64,000 nt of DNA from Marsupella aquatica (lineage: Eukaryota > Plantae > Marchantiophyta). A program made the translations under genes and the position numbers. Under the pieces are notes generated by a model. That model made no database searches. It worked only from the letters and a program-made list of their open reading frames with translations, and had not been told where the DNA came from. The stretch is from contig OZ316893.1 in assembly GCA_973895155.1 (NCBI GenBank), positions 2,192,420-2,256,419 of the forward strand. Reading direction: 5' to 3'. Shown piece after piece: positions 15,141 through 28,318 of this stretch; the first letter of the stretch is position 1; the number at the start of each line of letters is the position of its first letter.

Positions 15141-18020
15141 AGTAGGCTCACATCAATGAGGATGTTGAGCATCAGACACCCAACAGAGCCCTAGCACTCC
15201 AGCACCTGCAAACAATGGCAATAAATGGAGCATAGTAGGGCAGCCAGCTAAGGCAAAAAATGAGCAAATTAAAACAAGAGCACAGCCCAAGTCGGACGAG
15301 CATCATAGTAAGAGAACAAGCAAACAAAGCACAGCGATAGATGAATGCCGACTAATCTAATTAGCAAATGACATAATTAGTTTTTCCTTGGTGGGACCCC
15401 TAAACTTGCCGCCCTAACCTGGTATACGCCTTTAGCTCCTACACTGTCCTAAAGTTTTATGTGGCTTTAAATCATAATGTTTTTGCAGTACAAAACAAAA
15501 AATAAAGCAAGTTCCAAAATGAGCCCGCTTTATGACATGTGGACAATATAGTGATGAAATTAGTTTGGGGGCAACTTAGCACTTTGCTCAATGTTGGGTG
15601 TGCCATAGTACAAAAGGGTTTCTTTAAGCTGGGCTTTACTAGATTGCTACCATTCGTGGAATATGATATCTTGCCACCTTTCATAGATTAATTACTACAA
15701 TGTCACTTTTTTGTGATGGGGTAAATCATGTAAGTGTGGCTAGCCACAAGAGATCTTCCATCCTGAGATCGTGAAAAATGAAAAATCTTCTGGTTTCCAT
15801 TGCCCTCGGATCACTTTTGCACACCCCAGCACGAGTCCTCAAGTGTAGAGTTCTGCATTCCATGTATGATCCACTCAGCTTTGCCTCCCTATTCCCAGAA
15901 TGCTATCCCCTGTCCTTACAGTAGGTGCCTCCCACCACGCAGGCGGCTCCGAGGATGATGCAAACCCTCAGAATCTCCAATGTGGCTATTTCAGGGCCAC
16001 AAGATCTTCTACAGCTAACCATGGTTAAATCACTTGAATCTGGACGGAAGAGGCTATATTAGATGCTTTGACTTTAAATTACTGCAAGAAATGATATTTG
16101 AATTAAAATGGGGCAGTCTACTGAAGCCCAACCAGTTTTAGTAATTTCCTACCTTACCCTTTTTAATTTTAGTATCCCCATGAGAAGTGTTTTCCAAATT
16201 CTGTAGCATTCATTACTTCCGCTCGGAAGAAACAAGACAGTATAAGATTGTGACACATAGAAAATGATAGTTAGTGTTTGACGTCTGGCTAACAAATATT
16301 GTAAGACTACAGTAGTGAACAGCAAAGAACAACAAGAAAATTCGAAATTTAAATATCATTTAACAAGAATGCACGGAGAGAGAAAAAGTACTATTTGACC
16401 TTTTATTATAGCTTTTTTTACCTTTGGAATATAAGGCCATCGATAATTTCTGTCCGGAGGGCTGCCCGTCCGTAGAGGTTGCACAGGTCCCGCCGAGTAA
16501 TGGGTGGTCTACGGTGATGGGTATGCATGTACGGTCTGGACCTTATCCTTGCAAAATACTCACGTGTTCCCTGAGAAATTAAAGTCCCCACGTAAATTAT
16601 TAGGAAGGCGAATTGAAGTCAGATAGCTTTATTTGTCCCTTTCGTTGCACTAATTAAAATATGTACATCTAAGGATGTCAGTTTGCCGAAAACATTCATT
16701 CACGCACTTAGTCAATAATCTTGAACAATTTTAAATTATTTTTTAGGAGACGTGGACACCCATGAGGGGAGGGGATCATATGCAGGTAAGTCATGGCCTG
16801 TCAGTAAATTTGAACATGACACATCATGAAGTATTATGTTTACAAAAAGTTTCTGCACTTTTAGCCTTGCATTCGTCGAGAGCTTCAGTGTGCAAATCCT
16901 TTCACAAAATCCGAGAGAGTGCAGGGAATGTGAAGGCGGAGGAGGACATGAAAATGTGCAGTGCAAAGGTAGGAAATATGTTTTTGGCGACAGGGAGAAA
17001 TTGCGGGGGCCCAAGCTCTTTGTGGGGGGGGGGGGGGGGGGCGTTTCAGTTGTGGGATACTCCTGCATGCCTTTTCAGGAATGCATTCACTGAGGGGTGT
17101 GCATCCCCAAATTGTGAAGTTAATAATTATTATTGTCCTTGTTGACTGTGAAGGAGATCCGCCATTTTGTCGGATACCATTATGAAACAAAGTCTGCTCG
17201 CTGCTTTCGCCAGGGAAAAATAAGTTGAACATTGTTTTCTGACGGTGCTCAATGAACCGCGGGATTAATTTTGGGTAATTTCGCTTCTGTGACAATCATG
17301 AGATAGACAGACGCCGAGACGCTCTTGTAGGCTGAGGTTGTGGAGACTGTAGTTCTTGTAGAAGAGGGAGAATCAGCACAAGGAGAGAACCTGCGGCGAA
17401 GCTGTCACGACCGCCCCCGGCCCCACCAGGGGCCGCACGGACCTGCCCTGCCATAATAATAATAAGGTCGCCTTTCATCATTCCGTCCTCCCGGAGGTGC
17501 AGTCCATCATTTATTTATCATCAGAGACTTTATTTACGGGAATTCATCCTTACGACATGCTATCGGGAATTTAAAGCACCACGCTGGCCGTTAGATCCGA
17601 TCGTAAAGAGCTGCCGGTAGTCGGGTACCTTAGATCTGCGCGAGGCAATAACTACTTTTGATTTCAATAAATAATTCAACACCATCATTCATTCGCCCTG
17701 TGTTCCTTTTCCAGTTTAAAAAACCTCGGCCTGCACTGAAACGTCAGTGTTTACTCCACGATGCAGAGAAGATTCTCGACGGGTACGGAACCCGTGAAAA
17801 ACGATTTCAGTACAGAACCGACCGGAGACGGTGGCCTACGGAGGGGGTTTCCGGCGGGGGAGGACGGGCAGATGTGTACGAGTGTACAGGGGGAGGCCGG
17901 GAAGGGCATTATGATGATTTGGCGGAGTTAGATCGTCGACGACACCCGTGGCGGGCGAGCGGGCATGGCAGGCGGCAAGGGGGAGGTCGGGAGGAGGAGT
18001 GATGAGGAGGCACTGAGGCA

Positions 18021-18021
<1 letters not shown>

Positions 18022-18060
<39 letters not shown>
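18022..18060. repeat. (AGT)13 microsatellite
   Basis: Perfect trinucleotide run. It explains the poly-S/poly-T/poly-Y spurious ORFs here. Confidence 0.95.
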
Positions 18061-18061
<1 letters not shown>

Positions 18062-20245
18062 TGGTGCGAGGGACGACGGGGCAAGCCGCAACCATCATTC
18101 GTCGTCAACGACGGCAACGACGGCAGATCCGTAGGAGCAGCAGCATCCTTTTGCTGGCACACAACTTTCCACGGCCTTTCTTGCTGCCTTGTTCTTCGTT
18201 CTTCTGTCTCCCGTCCCTTCCGGTCCCGTCCCGTCCAGACCTCCCGTCCCGTCCCGTCCAGAATAGAATAGAAGAGAAGAGAAGAGGCTATCGTGTAGTA
18301 GATTCGTTCGTCGTCATGGATAGAATAGAAGAAAAGAGAAGAGAAGAGAGGAGTGTGGAATTGCATTTATAGATAGGTTTCGAATTGGCGAGGGGCGGGT
18401 AGTCGCGTTGATGGCCCTCCGTCTGGCCGGTTAGGCGGGTTTGGGCTAATAATAATAATGATTAAGATTGCGGTGGGGCGTGGGGACTGGGGAGGACTCC
18501 AGGAGAGAGGGACACAGGGCGAGAAAGACACAGGTGCGACGACGACGGAGGAGTGCAGCGTACCGAGGAAGGAAGGACAGTGTAGTGACGAAAATCGGAT
18601 CGGGCGGAGAGAGCAAGTGAAGATTTGATTGATATGATGAGGGTGATGATGAGGGTGGTGGCGGTGGTGGTGGAAGAGGAGGAAGGAAAGGGGAGGAGTG
18701 CGCAGGCGGCGTGGGCGCTTGATGTAAGAATGGAGAATGGGTGGTGGGTGTAGGGACGATTGCTTATGTTGCAAATCGTCGGGTGACGGTCGGACTAGCT
18801 TGGGAGGTTGAGTGCAGTGCGTGCGGATAGAGGAATGGAGCGAGGCACCTGACGAGTCCGGAAGGGAATCGTGGTCGATGCTATTTGGTTGTAGTGGTGG
18901 ATTGATACTACGGTTTTATTATAGGAGTGGTCGACGACGACGACGAAGAAGAAGAAGCTTGCGATCAGCTCCAACTCTCCAAGACATGGTTGCTTCCGGA
19001 GATGGTGGAAGTGGAGCTGGTGGGGGGACATGATTAGATAGCTAGTTCTGGTTTATCTCTTTACTTTGTGGAGCAGTTCAGTCTGGCATGGCAGGCCCGG
19101 CCGACCGTTTGACCGTGAGCGCTCTGTGCACAGTGAAGTAGCCCGCTGTCATTGTCTTATCTTATAACAGTTTCGTCGGACTGCGATGTGAACGACACGA
19201 CTCGGGGGTTGCCGAGGACGCCTTTCACGAACTTCACGAGCCCGTTCTACCTGGATCTCTGAATTATTGTCTGACTGAAACTCGACGTTCGAGTGTAGTT
19301 CGTTGGTCGGACAGGGAATCATGTAGTCAATCTATATGGTCGTATGCGGTCGGCGGTGGTTAGCCGGATGGCAGCTTAGGCGGACCACCACTGCGCGGGA
19401 TTGGGACCAGACTGGCAAGGAAGCGTTCTGGCTAGAGGTGTGCGTGGTAAACAGTCTTCGAGCGAAGCTCTTGGAACTTTAGGAGTGCGAGAAATTTTTC
19501 AGCTACCGCAGGTTTAGAGCAATCAGGACCCAAGTGATTTCAATTCAACTTCTTTCATGTATACTTTTCCAGGAAACGATTACCGCTTTCCGTTGCCTGT
19601 CCGAAGAAGCGGTCCGCTCGGTTGGGGTCTTACAAATTTGCGCCAACAACTCTTCACAATTACGTAATAGGTATCCAGTTTTGCGATAGCTCCTCTTCTC
19701 AGTAATCTCATCTCTCCACTTATTAGGCAGGCACGATCGCTTCTCAAACGAAGCGTGAAGCAATGCACATGCAGACCTAGCAACAGTGTCGAGAAGGCGT
19801 TACCAGGGACAGACTATTACGCCTGCCTAGTTTAGGAAGAGCACATTCATTCCGCACGTTCTCTAGACTGTTCTTTGGACTTTATGAATCTGTCCAAAGG
19901 AGATTCTGATTTGGGTGAAAGTTTGTGTTCGCTACTGCGGGGAACGGGTTTGAGGTTGGTCGAAACTAACAGTCATAATTGGAGAGTATGTGTGTGAAAG
20001 TGGGTCTTGGTACTTGAGAATGGACAGCTCATTTGACATCTACAATCGGGTTTTTGCAGTCCTCGGAAGACACCTGAAACCGCTGCACCGGAGACCCAAG
20101 GTTTGGAAGGTGGTAGGTTCTACTGGGCAATGCTCTGTTGCAGGCCTGTGAGAGAAGGTAAGGTAAGGGTGAGTATCATGCTGAATGGATTACACAGACG
20201 GGACTGACGACACGCCACAAGCGGCCAGCATTGTAGGGGCAGAAC

Positions 20246-22503
20246 ATGGCCGTTTGTGGATTGTTGTCAATGCTTTGTGTGTCTCCCATTCAACCTGATA
20301 TGGACTCTTGCCCAGGCCACTCTTCTGGACCTACGAGAAATCATCTCACATTTTGGCAGTCTGGTGTTGGACCACGAGCGTCTTCTTGTCTCTCGTCGAC
20401 TATGGTCGACCGCAACGACCCTGACGATTCCGGATCATCTCAACCTCCCACTCCCACTCGCACTCGCTCGGAATCCAAGTCGCACATGGTCATTCGTGAT
20501 AGCTCCCTACCTGGGCATGAACTCGAGCTATCCATAAGTTTGAATGACGCACAGCGACGCACTCCTTCAAGGGCGAAATCTGTGAAAGACGAATTTGATT
20601 TGACTTCTGCAAGTACTATTTCAAGGGACGATACATTCGGACGATCTGGTGGCCTCGAGGAAGAAGGCTCATTTTCAGGTCCTCCTCGGAAGCGTGCGCG
20701 GACAAGCCCGATAGGATTTAGATTAGAAGAAACTCAAGCAGAGAATGTACGTGAGCAGCAGCAACGGTATCCAGTAGTGTCAACGAGTAGCGCTGGAACG
20801 GGGGTGCACAGTTTGATGCAAAGTATATCGTTGCCATCATTCCGTTCAACTGAAAGAGACCCCAGTCCGAGTCCAAGCCGGGGCGCATCAAGCGGGAGTA
20901 AGCCCCCGATGTCGTGGTGGTTAGGGCCTGGTCCAAAGAATTCTGCCATGATTCCGAACGAAATACAGCAAGGGTTTCACTCTTCTGTTCAAGAGCCACC
21001 GCGTGGAAATTTTTCTATCGACGGACGGGGCATGATACCTGGGACGTCCCTGCAAGAGAGGGATTTCCCATTCAAGGAGCCATCGTATTACCCTAATATG
21101 CTCAGTAGTATGGAAACATCCGAACAGGTCCGAAGAGGGGAGGATGCTATCTCACCGGCGGGAGGAAGGCCAAAGGATCAAAGGCGTCCTCAAGCAGCAG
21201 CCCTTCCGGATGTTCCCGAGCATTCCTTCTTTTCTAGGAAAGAAAGCTCTACATCGCGAGTAAGTAGTACTTCGACGGGAAGCGAAGAGACGGTCCCAAG
21301 GCCGGGCGCTGCATTCTTTGGCAGAAATAGAGAGGCATCCCTCCAGCAGGACCCCAATACTTTATATGGGCAGCAGAACCAACAACAGCAACACCCATTT
21401 GAACTTCAAGGAGGGAGGAGAAGGTATACGACTGCATCTGAATCTCAGCAAGTGGACCTCGAAAGGGAACCCCCGCACGGTAGCGTTGTCAGGCTACAGC
21501 AAGTCGAGCAACAAAGGGTTTCACCTCAAGGTGATCAGAGATCTTTGCCTGGTCCGACCGGTGGGAATGCAAATACCACATTTTACGCTCGGATTCTCGA
21601 TGCCGCGCAACAGCCTGCTTCAAGCCCTTTCTCCGAAGGGGGTGGATATCCGGGTGCTTTCAATACAAGCCTTGGCTTCAATCTCGCAGGACAGTCGCTC
21701 CCTCCTCGGGCATCTTCTCAATCAGGCGCTGGCCAAGTTCAATTCGGTGGCGAAGCAGCTAACTTGAATCTTGCGCAGAAGCAAGCGAACAGTGAAGCTC
21801 TACGCAATCTCTTGGCTGCCCATCCCAGTACAAGTTCTATTCCTCCATTCATGTCTCAACAAGTCCCAACTCCTGAACCAGGGCTCCGATTGAGTTTCCC
21901 CAATCTTAGTTCCTTAGACTTTTTGCAGTCTCTTCAACAACGACAATCCTTCCCTCCTCAAGGAATGGACAGGCACAGGCATTCCGCACCGCCGGGGCAC
22001 GTGGTGGGGAATCATCCACAGCCACAAGGGTTTTCATTTCTTGGTGCTCCACAATCCTCACAGCACAGTCTACCTGCCGAATTAAGCCCTCCTCTACCTC
22101 CTCGTGGCCGTCAGCCTGGCAATTTGCAAGCTTCGGCAGGTCTTCGAGATTTTTTGTCTCCTCAAGCTCCAAAAGGAGCATCCTCTCTAGGTTTAGGGCG
22201 GGGTCCGGCAACTGGACCGCAGGAGATTCCGACGCATCTGTCGTTGCAAGCCCCTGAGCTACCGCCTCCCGTGACGGTTGTCATGGAAGGACGATCTATT
22301 GGTCGACGGATCAGTCTAAATGATTACGAGGGATACGACAGGTTCGCAGCAGCAATGAGGATGATGTTCGATAGTCATTTCTCTTCTCATGAGCTTCCTG
22401 CCCCAGAAGGGAATTGCACTCTAGTGAATGCAATTCCTGGATATGTTATCGCATACGAGGATGAGGAAGGAGATGTTCTCCTCGCTGGCGATCTACCTTG
22501 GAG
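20246..22503 (+). CDS. ncIAA: Non-canonical Aux/IAA (IAA33-like), large coding exon; true start may be the ATG at 20402
   Basis: The 753-codon ORF ends in PPVTVVMEGRSIGRRISL...NAIPGYVIAYEDEEGDVLLAGDLPWR, closely matching the PB1 domain (III/IV) of Arabidopsis IAA33-type proteins. No GWPP degron. NLS-like PPRKRAR at ~20681. Donor AG|GTAAAT at 22503/22504. Confidence 0.9.
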
Positions 22504-22675
22504 GTAAATTACTTCATTCGATCTCGGTTTAATTTCTTGTGCTGTTAAATCTTTTGTCCCGACTCCGACTTGAATGTGTCGAGGGTCTTGCTTTTCTATC
22601 ACTGTGAAGCTGCTCACACCAAACTTACAGTCCGATGGTTGGTTAAAGCTAGCTCTTTGCATTGTCCGAACGCAG

Positions 22676-22802
22676 GGATTTTGTACGCATGGCGAAGCAA
22701 ATTAGGATTGTACCATCAGCTAAGACGAGTTTCAAACTGCCAACGGGTAAGACCATGAACCCCTTTCTTGTGTTCAGGATGTGGTCGTCCCTTGTACAGT
22801 AG
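22676..22802 (+). CDS. ncIAA: ncIAA downstream coding exon
   Basis: Acceptor CGCAG|G ends a 172-nt phase-2 intron. Splicing gives W-R-DFVRMAKQIRIVP, completing the conserved PB1 end (IAA33 WKDFVRVAKRIRILP). Stop TAG at 22800-22802, but a further donor at 22747 (GTAAGA) is possible. Confidence 0.82.
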
Positions 22803-25800
22803 TCTTGTTTGACTATCGGAATTTGAACTGTCATTGGAAGCTATAAATATGACAACGCGTCGTAGTATAGACACGTTTACACAACAAAATCAGGACGCCT
22901 AGTCTGTACGAGTGCGATTGGGAGCGACGTTCCGCAAAGATTGGTTTCGTGATACTGGCGGGATGGTTGTCTTCGGTGCAAATTATTTGAAGTTACTTCT
23001 GCACTCGTCTAGTTTGTGCTCTCGATGAGTTTGTGCTCTCGATGCTCGAGGAGAAACAACAGTTGATAACCAAAACGCCTCGGGTTTGAACGTTTGAACG
23101 TTGACAGCTTACATTTCTTTTCCGCACCGGCCGTTTCCCGTAGCCACTAGATGTCGTCTCCTAAACGATCCTTATATACCGCTCGGAAGCCAGCGAGGCA
23201 AGCTGCGGTAGTTCGTAGACTCACTGAACGACCTGTCTGACGTGATAACTGCCCTACAGTCGTTGCAATCCAGTTGCAATCTCACCCCACCGTTTCTATC
23301 CGAGGAAAGAGATGTTTTAGGATAAGGTCAATATTCAAGTATCTCTATGTTGTCCAACAGTGGACGAGATGTTCTATTATTCTTTACCCACGGCCTTGAT
23401 CGCCATGCTGTCGCCGAGTTCGAGCCTTGACATGTCCAGTCCACGAATGTCGAATGGTCCTCTTCTTCCAGTTTAAGAATGAGAGTTCAGAGCATAGTTG
23501 TCCGTGAAACTCTCGTCCATGTTCACCTACGAAAGAAGGGATAGTGATACCGACATGAGGAGTCTGATTGCAAGTCATTCCCACCCCCTTCGCTTCTGTG
23601 TTGAGATGCAACCTGCCCTATTTAACCCTTTTGTTCCACAAGTCGAGCAGGTACTGTGCAGCAAACTTCTCGCACTGTCTGTGCTTTTTGTCCAAGCTTT
23701 GTCGGGACATGTTATGTCCGACATTCCTGATCCCGTGGACTGCAATTTGATCCGTTCGTGTCATTCAGGAAGTGATCAATTGCCCCCGATGTCTGCGCAG
23801 CGCGACTTAAACTCAAAGTCTGATATCTCGATTGGTTTGGTTTACGATCAACACAGCAGGTCATTAAATGAACTAGTCATATTTGAAATGTGAGAAGGTA
23901 AAGTTGGGAGGAGACTACTATCGGTTCGGTAGACGATAAGAAGAAGCGCGCAGTCACTTGAAAATGTATCTTCGATTTGTATGGATGGATATACATTGAA
24001 CTAGTCGTACTAGCTCTTGTCTTGCATAGCCAAGCCAATTTGACGTGGATCGTTCTGGTGTTTGCAGGCCCCCATCGGCAATGAGAGGATATTGCCGGCA
24101 GCTCCACGCGAGACCGCCTACCATCAAATGCGTGTCCAGGAGATTAAGTTCACTTTTCAGCAGTCCAAATTCTTCAGCAAGCCGGCAAGACACGTCTTGC
24201 TTCATTTTTTATGGAATAAGATTCACAAGCGTAAGAGGTCAACGCCCCGTAGATGCCCGTAGCAGATCCACAGACCACTTTGTTTCCGCAGAGACGGCGA
24301 CGGTCGAGAAGGACACGGTTTGTGGATCTTGTTGTACGAAGAGGTCTTTCTTGTAACGTTTCTCAATAAAAAAGAATTTACAAAGCGACTCTTGTGCTTC
24401 GACTCACGTTTTGGCTTCATATTGTTGCTATGGATGGGAGCGAATCCAAATGTACATATGATAACACACTCTCTGCTGTCTTCTTTCGCCCGAGCTCGCA
24501 CCTTTGCTCTTAGCGCATTACGTTCGCCCGACAATCGAACGCAAATTGACGACAGAAAATTCCTGATAGCGAGTAGGTCCGGCCCGATCAAGTCGAGAAT
24601 ATCATTAGGATCCATGTCGAGAATAGAGCTGTGCCACGGAGGTCTTCGAACTCTTTGTTTTGCAGTTGCCTAGATTTAACCCGCTTCTTCTGGATTTCTG
24701 TAGTTCTAGTCATTCTTTGTCTCAGACTTCGCGCGGAGTATCGTGAACAGGCCTAGCAAGTGGGGCGGTGACAATCTTCAGAAGCATGCGCGTAGAACAA
24801 GCCAGGAATATTTTGCAGTCGCGGAAAGCCAGGGGTAGAGAGTTTTGAAATAGAGTTTCGAGAATGCCAGCCAGCTACCATTGAGGATGTCGATCTGTCA
24901 GCCACCGTCGTGTTGCATGTTCGTCCTGAATTCAAGCCTTTGTGTTACTTCCATTTGTTTCGAGCGGTGAATTTGACTTTAGACTTAACAGAAGTCGTGT
25001 CCAGTATGCAGACTGTACTTTCAAAGTTAGCACCCAAAAATCAGAATGACGGTTCGCCGAAGAAGATCAGGCGGTTGCTGTTCGGTAGTTGCATATTCTA
25101 TTGTTCTAGTTGATCACCTCGGATCATATCGATCGACATCGTTCTGATAATAATCTTCTCTTCCTGATTCTCGTAAAACGTGCAGGACCTTCCGCCTCCT
25201 GAGGCCCTCTTCAGAACCCCCGTTCCATGTTCGTTGGAATCAGCCGCCCACTGTGACCCGTCTGTCTGATCCTTGGCCCTCGCGAATCAAGAGAACTCAG
25301 TTTCTATCGGTTATCCCAGTGACGGCTTCCTCCGATGTCTTCTCAGCTTCCGGTGGGTTGGAAGCACGAGGCCACGGCAGTTGTGTTCCTGAATCACACT
25401 GCAACTGGTTCAGATCGCAGTTGAAGAAATAGGGTGTGTGGATTTTACAGGCTTAATTACATTTCTGGCACGCTGATTGCAGTATCGCTGTTGCTGCAGG
25501 TGCTCAGTCTAGAATTAAGACAACCTCTGTGACTACAGAACCAGTGCAGTACTGCACTTCCCAGATCCTTGCTTGAACCTCCGTCCCTCCCTCCCTCCCT
25601 CCCTCCCTCCCCCCTCCCTCACTGACTGTTGTCGGCCGGGTAGGTCTCTGTCTAGTCTATAATCTCTATTCCAAACAGGCCACCCGTAGGGTAAGAGTGA
25701 GCACGCCATGATTCTGTCGCCAGACTTGAAAGACTGACTGTGAAATCCGAGGCCTTCCATCGAGTCGTTTCTATTCCTGAGCTCGGTAGTATCAGTGCTC

Positions 25801-28132
25801 ATCCGGTGTTACTCCACCAGAGTCCAGACTTATTTATTATTACAACAGCCCCTCCACGACGTGCGGCAAAATACATTTTCCACGGGATGGGGTATCATCT
25901 TCTGGCGCATGACTCTTGGAGACAAGCTCCCGAGCTGTGATGAAGCTCATCAGGACTCACAGAACGTCAGAGAGTACGGTCACAAGGTAACAAGGTGAAT
26001 CACGGATGGTATCTCTGTCAGACTCCCGTCCTGATTCTCCGGGATGTTCGTCGAGGCTTCTCCATGCGTGAAAATGCTACAGCAGTTCATTACTCTGTCG
26101 GTTTCGTGGCCTTTTGCCAGGCGGAACTGCAAAGGTGGCGCCAAAGCCGCTCCGCTTGGCTCGTCTAATAAGAATAGCAGCTGAGCGAAATTGACGGCAA
26201 AATTTTCCCTCTTTCTGACAGCTTCATTCTGTTGGATCTGTGCCTGTGATCTGCACTTGATATGTTGCGTGTTTCAGGCCACACTGCGGTACCGTCGTGC
26301 TTGCACTGACGCTTTCCGCAATAATTGTACCAAAACACGGATGACGGAATCGTCCGATTAGGCACACTCATTCGGGCCCTAAGCTAATCATCAGAAGATG
26401 CTCCTCCTCCTTAGTGACCTCCTCATTTCTGGCCTGGTCTGATGACCGGTGCGCACACCAAATATTTGTTCCACTGGCACGCACAGAAATCTCATGCTCC
26501 TCCACACTCTCAATGACGAGCTGAAGTGCTGAATTATTACTCCTTCCTTCCGCGCATGGGCTTCAGAATCCGGCCCCTCATCCCTTCAATGCCAATGGGA
26601 TGATGATGCTCCGTGACATTCATCTTGGGCTGTGTCGCCCACTTGTCAGGCAGGATCGAAGGTCACGATGGCCCAACGAGTAAAGCTACTGTAGGCACCG
26701 CCATCCACGCCAAGTGAGTGATGATAATCTTTGCCGATGATTGTTGCTGTGTACCACCGTCCCATTTGTGAATCTTTCCGCCTTTTTCTGCTGGTCATGA
26801 CAGTTAAGAACTTTCCTCGGCAGTTGGTTGGGTCCATCGACACTTGAATACTGAATGAGTGCTTCTGTACTACCATTCCAGGCCAGGGGTTCCTCGCATG
26901 CCTCGCACCATCACAGCAGTTCAGCAGATAAGTTTCCCTCTCCCCTCCTTCTCAGAGAGCTCCCTTTACTCCTCTGCACGTCCCGGCCAACCATATACCG
27001 CCTACCTACTACCAACTGAGCTCATCATGTACCGCCACTAAAACAAAATCGACTTGACTGTTCGCCTTGAATGTCATTTCAAAGGCTTCCCTCTCCTCAT
27101 CTTCCAGTTCTTCGTAAGTTATTCTCGCCAAAACGTTTCTGGAGTTATTTGCTCACGTCCTCACTCACTGTCGAGTCCTGACCGGGATAACTTTCCACAA
27201 GCGCGCAAATATGACAATCATCCAATTACCGGGACCTACTGACGCCACAAATGAAGGCTGCTAGAGCTGCTGTAATTTGAATGGCGCTGGAATTGTCAAC
27301 GTCAGCGCTCAGGAGGATTTCTAGCCGTGGAATGCATCGACATCATGAGGTGTGTCTAGGTATTGGTAACACCGTGTGGATGCTTAACGATTTGCTTCAT
27401 ACCCATCGAGTAGTTACGTCATAACGATCCTTCAGTCAGGAATTAGAAGCATCACTTCAGGAATTAGAAGCATCACGAGTGCTGTTGATCATTCAGCTTT
27501 GGGAGTAACGTCAACTTGTCATGAGAACCCTTGGTGGTCGCTCGTCTTAATACTTCAATGTTCAATCGCGTGGGCTTCTAGTCCCACTGTACAATCGTGT
27601 GGGCTTCTAGTCCCATTGCCCGAGGGAATTTGAACTTTGCTGAGTCATTCCATTTCATTATACTGTAGGTCATTTACTTGAATTCTTGAAAGGACTCTGA
27701 CGATAACATAGTACGGGACACTCGCAAACTTGCGTTTTGGGACAATGGAAATCACTCGTTCTGATCAATCGTCAAATTTCGTCCACACAGGAACTTGATT
27801 GACGCCCAATGTTATATAATCTCATGTGTAGGTTCATGATGCATGCACGCTTCACGCAAGCTTTGTCGATTGGACCTCCACTTCTTACCCCTTAACTCAA
27901 TACCACCACAGTCATGCATTCGCTGGGAAGCCACTTAACTGAAGTATGCTAATCAGTTGACAGACATCTATTGCACTGTTCTCTTATGCCTGCAATTGCC
28001 TTTATCTGATCATGGGCTTCGAGCGGGCAATGGAGAATGATAGAAACGAGAATTACATTGCTCCTCTGGTAAATACCATTCCGTCAGACTCATAAATTGT
28101 TCACTGCGCTCATGAAGTTTTCATTCCATCGG

Positions 28133-28318
28133 TTCACATCGACAGTGCTTTCTTTCTCTCTCCAATCTCTTTAAGACTGTTCATCATTCTCCCTCTTCTC
28201 CCTTTCTCGTGTTCCAATGCTCACTTTCACATCGACAGTGCTTTCTTTCTCTCTCCAATGTCTTTAAGACTGTTCATCATTCTCCCTCTTCTCCCTTTCT
28301 CGTGTTCCAATGCTCACT
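28133..28318. repeat. 93-bp near-perfect tandem duplication in a CT-rich tract
   Basis: TTCACATCGACAGTGCTTTCTTTCTCTCTCCAAT...GTTCCAATGCTCACT starts at 28133 and again at 28226. Confidence 0.9.

Noticed and set aside
17836-19033. Overlapping 60-176-aa ORFs with poly-S/T/Y/H runs
   Set aside because: They are products of microsatellites and purine-rich low-complexity leader or promoter sequence.
17000-20245. Auxin-response element cluster upstream of ncIAA
   Set aside because: Only scattered single TGTCGG/TGTCTC hexamers were noticed, with no properly spaced pairs.
25694-25706. AGAGTGAGCAC match to the 3' end of miR156 (similar to miR535)
   Set aside because: Only about 11 nt match, the 5' half is absent and there is no convincing star arm.
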